Below the pieces are notes generated by a model. The model saw nothing but the letters and a program-made list of their open reading frames with translations. It was not told the origin of the DNA and ran no database searches. A stretch of 20,000 nt of DNA from an uncultured virus (IMG/VR IMGVR_UViG_3300045533_000060) (Duplodnaviria; Heunggongvirae; Uroviricota; Caudoviricetes): IMG/VR virus record IMGVR_UViG_3300045533_000060. The stretch is one strand, 5' to 3'. Both the position numbers and the translations under genes were made by a program. Within the stretch, counting starts at the first letter, position 1; every line of letters begins with the position of its first letter. Shown piece after piece: positions 1 through 9,200 of the stretch.

Positions 1-1
1 A

Positions 2-352
2 ACTTTCATACCAACTGCAAAAGATAATAAACATGCATGGATAAATCAGATAAGAATTTTAATTTCAGAAGAAAGGCTAATAATAAATCCAAAATGTAAA
101 CAGTTGATTTTTCATTTAAAAAATGCAACATGGAATAAAAACAAAACTGAATATGAGCGATCTCTTGATGGAGGTCACTACGATTTAATAGATGCTCTAG
201 CCTACTTGATTCGTAACATAGCGTATTCACGTAATCCATACCCTAAAGGGTATGGAATGATGCAGGGCGATTCTTACATAAGAGTACGAAATGAAGATAA
301 ATCATCTTTTGAGCAACATTTGATAAATATATTCTCTTATAAGAAGAATTAA
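2..352 (+). CDS. terL: Terminase large subunit, C-terminal nuclease region (5'-truncated by window edge)
   Basis: The frame is open from position 2 (TFIPTAKDNKHAWINQIRILISEERLIINPKCKQLIFHLKNATW...), so the TTG start at 104 in the track is internal. LIINPKCKQLI and GHYDLIDALAY match the C-terminal pattern of TerL RNase H-like domains. Directly upstream of the portal. Confidence 0.8.
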   Translation, partial: TFIPTAKDNKHAWINQIRILISEERLIINPKCKQLIFHLKNATWNKNKTEYERSLDGGHYDLIDALAYLIRNIAYSRNPYPKGYGMMQGDSYIRVRNEDKSSFEQHLINIFSYKKN

Positions 353-374
353 ACAAATAATACTAGAGGTTACA

Positions 375-2399
375 ATGGCTAGACTTAAATATTTTGCGGC
401 TAGAGAAGGGAAGGAATCCGCTTCAATTCTTTTAGAAAAGGCTTCTGATTGGAGTCATACATTGACTACCAACGGATATTTAGAAAAGTTAAGAACCTGC
501 TGGGCAGCATATCACGGAGCATACTTTACCGATACTGGAAATGGACATACTATCGTATTTGGAGGAGAGCAAGGAGAATTAGCTCAACTGCCAGTTAACC
601 ATATCAGGAACTTAGCCCAACACATGTATGTTATGACTACATCCAGTAGACCTTCAATGGAAGCAAGGGCTGCAAATACAGATTACAAATCTACAGCCCA
701 AGTTACACTGGCAAATGGACTACTAGATTACTACATGAGAGAAAAAAGATTAGAGAGATACATTAATAAAGCTGTGGAGATGAGTGTAGTCCTCGGAGCT
801 GGGTATGTCAAAGTTGAATGGGATTCTACAACTGGAAAAGTAATTGAGGAAGATGAAGAACTAGGAGAAAAGATATATGAAGGTGATATAAAATTCACAA
901 ACTTATCTCCTTTCGATGTAATATTTGACGTAAATAGAGAAGATAATCAGCATGACTGGCTTTTAGTCAGAACTTACAAGAATAAATTTGATTTAGCGGC
1001 AAAGTACCCAGAATTTGAAGATAAGATTCTACAACTGGATACTAAAGATATGAAAGATAAAACCACAGCGCAGATTTTTAGAAAATCTGATTCTGATCAA
1101 GTAGAAGTCTGGACAATGTATCACAAAAGATCGGATGCTATGCCTGATGGTAGAGAGTTAGTTTTTCTAGCTGACGATATTGTACTTCACGATCAACCAT
1201 TACCTTATAGAAGAATACCGATTTTCAAAATGACTCCTAATGAAATCTTAGGGACTGCTTTTGGGTATTCGAATCTATTCGATCTCCTACCACTACAAGA
1301 AGGGATTAATCATCTATATTCAGCAGTAATGTCAAATAACATTGCATTTGCCACCCAAAATTTATTCGTAAGATCGGGTTCAAACATCGACATTACAAAT
1401 CTAGGAGGAGGGCTTAATATCATCCAAGGAACTGAAAAACCAGAACCTTTAAACCTTTTAGGAACTTCTCAAGAAACCTTTAATTTTCTCAGTATTCTAG
1501 AAGGAAAGATGGAGCAGTTATCAGGGATTAACTCAGTAACAAGAGGAACCCCAGATCCAGCTGCCAACTTGAGATCAGGTAACTCTTTAGCTCTTGTACA
1601 GTCAATGGCTATTCAATTTCAGTCAGGACTACAAAACCAGTATGTGCAGTTAATTGAAGATTTAGGAGTATGTATTCTTGAGATACTTCAAGATTACGCT
1701 ACTGCGCCTAGAGTTGCTTCCATTATCGGAGTTAACAGTAAACAATATTTAGTAGAGTTTAAAGGTGCAGATATTGCAGATATTAATCGAGTTATTGTAG
1801 ACGTAGGAAATCCTCTTGCGAGAACTACTGCTGGTCGAGTCCAAATGGCAGAACAATTAATGCAAATGAAACCGGAAGAATTTTCTATTCAACAATATGC
1901 TCAAGTAATTAATACGGGTAGAATTGATGGCATGTTAGAGAGTCCAGTAGATCAGATGAATTTAATTCAAATGGAAAACGAAAGATTGATGACAGGGAAA
2001 CCAGTCAAGGCATTAATTATAGATGACCATAAAGAGCATGTATTAAGACATAGAACTATTCTCAACGATATTGAAATGAGAATGGATGATGAGAAAGCAA
2101 AAGCAATCTATGATCATATTCTTGAACATGTGGAGTTTGCGAGAAGTGCCGATCCTGCCGTACTAACAATGACAAATCAGCAACAATTGCCTCCTGCCCC
2201 AGCTCCACAACCTCCAGTAGATCAAGGAGTAAATCAGCCAGAGCAAAATGCGGCAGAGCAATCTCCTATTGGACAAGTAATGGAAGCATCACAACAATCT
2301 ATGAGTCAAGAACAGCCGGGAGTACCTCAACCAGCTACTCCTCCGGCACCTTTTGAAGAATTACCAACAACAACAGTGCCCGTTGTTCCGGAGAAGTAA
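375..2399 (+). CDS. Portal protein, 674 aa
   Basis: SD GAGGT. Follows TerL. Portal-like segments (LGAGYVKVEWD, NLSPFDVIFD, MEQLSGINSVTRG) and a Pro/Gln-rich disordered C-terminal tail. Confidence 0.85.
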   Translation: MARLKYFAAREGKESASILLEKASDWSHTLTTNGYLEKLRTCWAAYHGAYFTDTGNGHTIVFGGEQGELAQLPVNHIRNLAQHMYVMTTSSRPSMEARAANTDYKSTAQVTLANGLLDYYMREKRLERYINKAVEMSVVLGAGYVKVEWDSTTGKVIEEDEELGEKIYEGDIKFTNLSPFDVIFDVNREDNQHDWLLVRTYKNKFDLAAKYPEFEDKILQLDTKDMKDKTTAQIFRKSDSDQVEVWTMYHKRSDAMPDGRELVFLADDIVLHDQPLPYRRIPIFKMTPNEILGTAFGYSNLFDLLPLQEGINHLYSAVMSNNIAFATQNLFVRSGSNIDITNLGGGLNIIQGTEKPEPLNLLGTSQETFNFLSILEGKMEQLSGINSVTRGTPDPAANLRSGNSLALVQSMAIQFQSGLQNQYVQLIEDLGVCILEILQDYATAPRVASIIGVNSKQYLVEFKGADIADINRVIVDVGNPLARTTAGRVQMAEQLMQMKPEEFSIQQYAQVINTGRIDGMLESPVDQMNLIQMENERLMTGKPVKALIIDDHKEHVLRHRTILNDIEMRMDDEKAKAIYDHILEHVEFARSADPAVLTMTNQQQLPPAPAPQPPVDQGVNQPEQNAAEQSPIGQVMEASQQSMSQEQPGVPQPATPPAPFEELPTTTVPVVPEK

Positions 2400-2401
2400 G
2401 T

Positions 2402-3244
2402 ATGAGTGATAATAATAAACCAAAACCAGCAAAAAGTTTAAGTGATTTTTGGGCACAGTTTAAAAAAAACTATCCAGATTCTTATAAAGAAAAATATCCT
2501 TATACTCCAAAAAAAAGATTATCTGGAGCTGATAGTTTAATTCCGGAAAATATAAAAGAAAAAATTCTTGAAAATAAAATGAATGATCAATTTATAACAA
2601 AAGATGATAAATGGAGAGCAGAGCAGAACGAAATTATAAGAAGAGAAAATGCTGCAGAGAAAGCAGCCAAAGAAGCTGCTGAGAAAGCAGAAAAAGAAGC
2701 TGCGGAAAAAGCGGCTAAGAAAGTTGGAAAAGAAGTTATTTATGACAATAAAGGAAATTTGCTAGATATAACAGGTAAAATTGTAAAAAAAGCTGGAGAT
2801 GTTAAGAAACCTCCTTTTGGAAGTGGAAAATTAGGTATGCTTCTTGGCTTAGGAGCAGCAGCACTGGGAACAGTAATCCCTAAGGATAGCATGGCTGGCA
2901 CAGCTATGAGAATTTTAGATGAGGGAGATCCTGCTTCTTTATTTTTTCCAGAAGGTGCTGGAGAAGGAGAGGATGAGGAGGTTATGAAAATGAAAGAGGA
3001 GCAAAGACAGAAATACCTTGATAACCTAGTAAAGAATGTTCCAAAAAATAAAAAACTAAGAAGCGAGGAACAAGATAATATTAAAAAACAAGTTGAGCCT
3101 ATAGTTAAAATTTTAGGTGGAGATCCTGATTTAAAAGAAAAAGATGCTTTGAAGATGATAGGGGAAACTCCATCTGGAGATGAAAATCTGTTAAGCGTAG
3201 AGGATAGCGAAAGAAAATTAAAGAAAAAATTCGGATACGAATAA
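2402..3244 (+). CDS. Hypothetical K/E-rich protein, possibly an internal virion (ejection/cargo) protein, 280 aa
   Basis: Abuts the portal stop. EKAAKEAAEK helical repeat and one Gly/Ala-rich hydrophobic segment (GKLGMLLGLGAAALGTVIP). Function is inferred only. Confidence 0.5.
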   Translation: MSDNNKPKPAKSLSDFWAQFKKNYPDSYKEKYPYTPKKRLSGADSLIPENIKEKILENKMNDQFITKDDKWRAEQNEIIRRENAAEKAAKEAAEKAEKEAAEKAAKKVGKEVIYDNKGNLLDITGKIVKKAGDVKKPPFGSGKLGMLLGLGAAALGTVIPKDSMAGTAMRILDEGDPASLFFPEGAGEGEDEEVMKMKEEQRQKYLDNLVKNVPKNKKLRSEEQDNIKKQVEPIVKILGGDPDLKEKDALKMIGETPSGDENLLSVEDSERKLKKKFGYE

Positions 3245-3322
3245 AAAACAAAAAGACACTACCACAATAACGTGATGTGTTATCTTTAAACTACCCATAA
3301 TAGGGCGTAAAAAGGAAAATGT

Positions 3323-4246
3323 ATGTCAGATGAATCAAACAGTGTAGACAGTGTAGAAGTAGATGCTCCAATTTCAGGGGATAATGAAAGTTCCGAGAAA
3401 GGATCTGCGCAAGAAATGACGCAGGAAGAATGGGAGGAGTATGATCTAAAGGTTAATGGAAAAGAGATTAAAGAGAAAGTAAATCTCAAAGACAAAGATC
3501 GTATTACAAAAGCTCTACAAATGGAAAAAGCAGCACAACAAGCTTTCCAAGAAAGAGCAATTACCCTCAAACAATTAGAAGAAATTCAAGAAGATGTGGA
3601 AGACTTCCTAAGTCAGTTCACAGAAGATCCTCTTTCTATTATCATGAATAGAGAGTTTAACTTTACAAAAGAACAAAAAAGACAATTAGCAGAAGCTATT
3701 CTCAGAGAAGATTTGGAAGAGAGTCAGAAAACTCCAGAACAAATCGAATATGAAGAAACTAAAAGAAGATATGAGGAGCTACTAGCTGAGAAAGCAAACT
3801 TAGAAGAACAGAGGAGACAAGAAGAACAATTTTTCTTAGAGCAGCAAGCTGCGGTAGAACTTGAAAGTGAGATTAATTCCGCAATTGAATCGGGATCTCT
3901 ACCAAAATCAAAATATCTTACTAAGAAACTAGCAGACCTTGCCTATATTGCTTATTCTAATGGGGTAGATCTATCTATGCAAGATCTAATTCCTTTTTTA
4001 AAAGATCAGTATAAGAAAGATATGTCTGAAATGATTGGGGTTTTATCGGATGATGAAGTAGAGTTTTTAGTGTCAAAAGATAGAATTAGAAGTATACGAA
4101 ATAAACAAATTCAATCAGTTAAGCCAAAAGATAATGCTCCAAAGTCCCCTTTAAAAACCCAAGACACTGGAACTTCTAATTCAAAAAAGGAAGATGCGTC
4201 TTCAAAACTTAAAGCAAAGGACTTCTTTAATTCTTTAAGAGGTTAA
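3323..4246 (+). CDS. Capsid scaffolding protein, 307 aa
   Basis: Directly upstream of the capsid gene. Acidic N-terminus, YDLKVNGKEIKE motif typical of scaffolds, long coiled coil, basic C-terminus. SD AAGGA. Confidence 0.72.
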   Translation: MSDESNSVDSVEVDAPISGDNESSEKGSAQEMTQEEWEEYDLKVNGKEIKEKVNLKDKDRITKALQMEKAAQQAFQERAITLKQLEEIQEDVEDFLSQFTEDPLSIIMNREFNFTKEQKRQLAEAILREDLEESQKTPEQIEYEETKRRYEELLAEKANLEEQRRQEEQFFLEQQAAVELESEINSAIESGSLPKSKYLTKKLADLAYIAYSNGVDLSMQDLIPFLKDQYKKDMSEMIGVLSDDEVEFLVSKDRIRSIRNKQIQSVKPKDNAPKSPLKTQDTGTSNSKKEDASSKLKAKDFFNSLRG

Positions 4247-4250
4247 CAAA

Positions 4251-4337
4251 TATAACTGAGTAATTGTCTTTAATGACAGACTTCTAAGCAAGCTAATGCC
4301 CTTAGAATATCTGCAAGCAAGATTGTGACTTATTATA
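4251..4337 (+). promoter_or_regulatory. Putative long interrupted stem-loop in the capsid mRNA leader
   Basis: Nested complementary segments: TATAA 4251-55/TTATA 4333-37; TGAGT 4257-61/ACTTA 4328-32; GTCTT 4266-70/AAGAT 4319-23; CAGA 4277-80/TCTG 4310-13; TTCTAAG 4282-88/CTTAGAA 4301-07. Confidence 0.45.
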
Positions 4338-4381
4338 AAAACAAAAAACAACAATGTATTACTATTATTTAGGAGTTTAAA

Positions 4382-5638
4382 ATGAGTGCTGAAGGAGCAA
4401 ACACAATTGCAACCCTCAACGGTTTGTACAAAAAAGTTTACGATGGTAAACTAGAAAATCTTATCCCAGATGGAGTTAAGTTACTTAACGCTATCAAATT
4501 CGTACGCAAAGAAAAGCGTCCGGGTGCTGATTATAACCAATCAGTTATTCTAGGTATGGAGCATGGCGTTAGCTTTGCTGCTCCCGATGAAGGTGCATTT
4601 GCACTTAACAATCCAATTGCTGGCGTAATTAAGCAAGCTAATATTCGTGGTTATCAAATGGTTCTTCGCTCTGCGATGGCTTTTGACACTATGTTTGCTG
4701 CAGATTCTGCTGGTGAAAGAGCTTTCGAAGAAGCTACAAAGTATATCTTCCAAGCTATGATGGATTCAATTTCTAAAAAACTTGAAATTCGTCTTTTCTA
4801 CGGTCAGTCTGGTTTGGCTAAAATCGAATCAGTTTCTGGTAACGTAGTTAGCATCCAAGATTCAGAATGGGCACCGGGAGTTTGGGGTGGATCTGAAAAC
4901 ATGAAACTTGCTTTTACTAACGCTTCTACTGGTGTAGCTCTAGTTGGTGACTGTAAAGTTACTGCTGTTGATTTTGATAGCAAATCAATCACAGTTGATT
5001 CTCTACCTGCTGCTGTAGCCACTGCTATTGCCGCAAGTACTCCAGTTGCGATCCATGAGTACGGCTCAATTGGAAAAGAAATGGCAGGATTGCACAGAAT
5101 TATTTCTAATGCTGGAGAACTATTTGGAATTGATGCAGCTGCCTATTCTTTATGGAAAGGTAATTCGCATTCTTGTCAAGAGTCTGGCGATGATAAGCCT
5201 CTTACATTCAAGAAGCTTGCAATCGGGCTTGCCAAGCCAGTAGCTAAAGGGCTTCAGTCAGATGTGACTGTTTACGTAAGTCCTGCTTCTTGGGCTGATC
5301 TTATGACTGAGCAAGCTGGTTCTAGACGTTTCGACGTTTCTTACAAATCAGGAACAGCTCAGAATGGATCTGAAGCTCTTGAGTTCTTCTCTCAGAACGG
5401 TAAAATGACAATTGTATCTTCTATCTTTGTAAAACAAGGATATGCGTATGCAATTAATCATGAGCAATTCTTGAGAGTTGGTTCTACAGATCTTACTTTC
5501 AAAAACCCTCTCAGCAAAGATGATTTCTTCCACTTGTTAGAGAATAATGCTGGTGTAGGTATCAGATGTTATACTAACCAAGCTTTGTTCTGTACAAAGA
5601 TCGGTCATCAGTTAATGTTCACAGGTATTTCAGCTTAA
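4382..5638 (+). CDS. Major capsid protein (HK97 fold presumed), 418 aa
   Basis: Strong SD AGGAG, position after scaffold, typical size, codon choice suggesting high expression (CGT, GGT, TTC, AAC), followed by a strong terminator. Confidence 0.85.
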   Translation: MSAEGANTIATLNGLYKKVYDGKLENLIPDGVKLLNAIKFVRKEKRPGADYNQSVILGMEHGVSFAAPDEGAFALNNPIAGVIKQANIRGYQMVLRSAMAFDTMFAADSAGERAFEEATKYIFQAMMDSISKKLEIRLFYGQSGLAKIESVSGNVVSIQDSEWAPGVWGGSENMKLAFTNASTGVALVGDCKVTAVDFDSKSITVDSLPAAVATAIAASTPVAIHEYGSIGKEMAGLHRIISNAGELFGIDAAAYSLWKGNSHSCQESGDDKPLTFKKLAIGLAKPVAKGLQSDVTVYVSPASWADLMTEQAGSRRFDVSYKSGTAQNGSEALEFFSQNGKMTIVSSIFVKQGYAYAINHEQFLRVGSTDLTFKNPLSKDDFFHLLENNAGVGIRCYTNQALFCTKIGHQLMFTGISA

Positions 5639-5666
5639 TTATCAATGAGTTATGCAACGTAACACC

Positions 5667-5699
5667 AAAAGGGGAGCTTCGGCTCCCTTTTTGTTTTTT
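5667..5699 (+). terminator. Rho-independent terminator after capsid gene
   Basis: AAAA-GGGGAGC-TTCG-GCTCCCT-TTTTGTTTTTT; cUUCGg tetraloop plus U-tract. Confidence 0.92.
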
Positions 5700-5736
5700 G
5701 CATTGAAAGTAACAAATGTAAGTGGGAGATTTTCAC

Positions 5737-6213
5737 ATGTCAATAACACTTGTCGTAAATAATATACCATTCGAATATCCAGAGCAAGGAGAGCAACAGC
5801 CTTGGGGGGAATCTGCAACTGCATGGGCAGAGGAAGTAACTAGAGTATTAAACTCAGTTAGAGGTCCTGCAGATCTCTTAGAGACTAGAGCTGACGTAGC
5901 CAATAATGTCACCACCTTCCAAAATGTTACAGATTGCTTTTTTGATGAAAAAACCGTTCGTTCTTTTAACTTAAGTGGTAATATATACAGAAAGATTGGA
6001 ACAACAGAATTGTTCGAGCAATTTGAACTTAATGGTTTATATATGGGAAGTGCTGGTTGGAGATTACAACAAGAATCTCAAGGTAATGCAGGGATAACTT
6101 TTCAAATTACTCCGGCTGGACAAGTAAGATATGCTTCTACAAATATGGTAGGAGATCCTCTGACTTATACTGGAATTATTAAGTATAAAGGTGTAGGAAT
6201 TAGTCAGCTTTAA
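5737..6213 (+). CDS. Putative virion structural protein, 158 aa
   Basis: ATG at 5737 has a GGGAG SD at suitable spacing, so it is preferred over the GTG at 5722. Beta-rich sequence; first gene after the capsid terminator. Confidence 0.6.
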   Translation: MSITLVVNNIPFEYPEQGEQQPWGESATAWAEEVTRVLNSVRGPADLLETRADVANNVTTFQNVTDCFFDEKTVRSFNLSGNIYRKIGTTELFEQFELNGLYMGSAGWRLQQESQGNAGITFQITPAGQVRYASTNMVGDPLTYTGIIKYKGVGISQL

Positions 6214-6235
6214 TATTTTAAATTGGGGTTATATC

Positions 6236-9200
6236 ATGTCTTCGTATCTAATTAAGCAATTCATAAAAGGTATAGCTCTGAGAGGAGAGACTGCCAACAT
6301 TACTGAGAATGTTGAAGGTAGTTTATTTCACAATAGCACAGATCAAAAAATAAAATCCTATATTGAAGGAGCTGTTAGAGAAGTAATTACAGAATCTCAA
6401 ATACAGACTCTTACAAATAAAACGATTAGTGCTGCCGACAATTTAATTGTCGTAGATTCTACAAATCCAAATTTAGCTTCAATAGAGTTAAACGCTGCTT
6501 TAACTGAACTACAGAATGACATTGATTCTAATTCTGGAAATTTGTCTTCTCATATTGCAGCACTTGACCCCCATCCTCAATACGAGACTTCTGTAGAGGC
6601 TCAGTCTAAAGTAGATGCTCACGCTAATAGAGTAGATAATCCACATAGCGTAACTAAAACCCAAATAGGGTTAAGCAATGCAGACAATACTTCCGACCTT
6701 AATAAGCCGATTAGCACAGCTACACAAGCTGCTTTAAATTTAAAATACGATGCTTCTAATCCTTCCGGATACGTTAATGCTACCGAAGCAACGGCTGCCG
6801 CTCCAGTGCAATCTGTAGCTGGCAAGGTTGGGGCTGTAAATTTAACGAAATCTGACGTTGGATTAGCTGATGTAGACAATACTTCAGATCTTAATAAGCC
6901 GATCAGCACCGCTACTCAAACTGCTTTAAATTTAAAACTTAATGCGTCTCAAGTTGGAGTTCCTAACGGAGCAGCTTCTCTTGACGGTGCAGGAAAAGTA
7001 CCCGCTGCACAACTTCCAAGTTATGTAGATGATGTGATAGAGGCTGCTAGTTTTGCAGATTTACCTACAGTTGGAGAAACTGGAAAAGCTTATGTTACCT
7101 TAGATAATAATAAAGTCTACAGATGGACTGGATCTGTATACGTAGAAATTTCCCCATCAATTGGAACAACTTGGGGATCTATTACAGGAACTCTCGCAGT
7201 TCAAACAGATTTACAATCAGCTCTAGATGGCAAAGCCAATTCTACCCATACACATTCATCTTCCGACATTACAAATTTTAATGAATCGGTTGATGATAGA
7301 GTCAACAGTTTAATCGTAGCTGGAACTAATATTTCAGCAAACTATGACGATCTCGCAAACACACTTACCATATCCTCTACGGTATCGGTGATAACGGACC
7401 ATACAGCTTTGAGTAGCATTGGCACTAATTCTCATGCTGACATAGATTCTCACATTTCCTCTACCTCAAATCCTCACTCTGTTACAAAATCTCAAGTAGG
7501 ACTATCGAATGTTCCCAACGTAGACGCAACTAGTAGAGCAAATCACACAGGTACTCAAACCGCTTCTACTATTTCTGATTTTAATTTTGCTGCCGATGCT
7601 AGAGTGTCAGCTGGAATTTCCGCTCACGAATCAGCATTAGATCCTCACTCGCAATATGAAACATCAACGGAAGTTCAATCTAAGGTAGACGCTCATGCCA
7701 ACCTTACGAATAATCCTCACGCTGTTACAAAATCTCAAGTGGGCTTAGGTAATGTAGACAATACCTCCGATCTCAATAAACCAATAAGCAGTGCAACTCA
7801 ATTAGCTTTAGATGGAAAAGCAAATACTTCTCATTCACACGTTGCCACTGATATTACCGACTTATCAGAAGCCATAGACGATAGGATTAGTTCTACAATC
7901 GTAGCTGGTACGAATGTAACTGTAAGCTATGACGACCTTGCAAATACGTTAACTATCTCTGCTACTGGAGGAGGTTCCGGAGGAGCTACTACTCTAGATG
8001 GCTTAACAGACGTATCTGCGCCTTCTCCATCAAATGGACAAGCATTAATATATAATACTTCGACTTCTCAATGGGAAGCTCAAACTATCAGCTCAGGCTC
8101 AGGAGCTACTGACTTAAATGGTCTTAATGACGTTACTCTTTCCGGAACACTTGATAATCAAATATTAAGATATGATCTAGCTTCAACACAATGGAAAAAT
8201 GAAACCTTACTAAAGGATGATATTGGGTTATCTAACGTAGATAACACTAGCGATGTTAATAAGCCTATTAGTACAGCTACTCAGACCGCTCTTAATGCAA
8301 AAGCTAACTCTGTACATACGCATGTATCTACTGATGTTACAGATTTTAGCGAAGCTGTAGACGGCAGAGTAAGCTCTTTACTTGTTGCTGGTTCGAATAT
8401 AACACTAGCGTATGACGATTTAGCTAACACATTATCTATCTCTGCAGTAGGAGCACCAGCTTCTACATCTGCAGAAAGATTAATAACTAATGTATTTAAT
8501 GCATCTGGCTCTCCTATTCCTAAAATGAGTGCTATTTATATAAGTGGTATTCAAGGAGATCAGCCTAAAGTTGTTTTAGCTCAAGCAAATTCAGAAATGA
8601 GTTCTAGTAAAACTTATGGGCTTGTTCAGACTGATATTCCAAATATGAGTGCTGGAGTAATCATTGAGCAGGGACGTTTAGAAAATCTGGACACTGATGT
8701 AGTTGGGTGGGTCGAAGGAGATCCTCTTTGGTTGAGTCCAACTGTAGCTGGAGGCATTACAAATGTAAAACCTTCTGCTCCAAATCATGCAGTATTTATT
8801 GGGTATTTAATTAGAAAGCATCAGAACGTAGGGGTTATTCAAGTAAGTATCCAAAACGGATATGAATTAAATGAATTACATAACGTATCAATTAATGGCA
8901 TTGCAAATGCTCAAGTAATACAATATGAATCCGCAACATCTTTATGGAAAAACCACACACTAGTTAAAGCAGATGTAGGGCTATCTAATGTTGATAATAC
9001 GGCAGATCTAGATAAGCCAGTTAGCACTGCTACTCAAACAGCTTTAAATGGAAAAGCAAATTCAGTACATACACATGTTGCGGCAGACATTACAGATTTT
9101 AACTCTGCTGTAGACGCTAGAATACCAAGTATTCCTTCAAATTTAAATGATTTGAATGACGTAGATGTATCTTTTGTTGCAATAGAAAATCAAGCCTCTA

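Noticed and set aside
104..352. 82-aa stand-alone gene as given in the ORF track
   Set aside because: The frame is open to the window edge; it is the 3' end of the terminase gene.
3250..3310. Small hairpins upstream of the scaffold gene
   Set aside because: Stems are only 3-5 bp and interrupted; expected by chance in AT-rich DNA.
5600..5700. Programmed frameshift or readthrough extension of the capsid protein
   Set aside because: No slippery site at the 3' end; TAA is followed by a terminator.
6650..9055. Repeats as a diversity-generating retroelement template/variable pair
   Set aside because: Differences between copies are mostly synonymous and not adenine-specific; no reverse transcriptase in the window.
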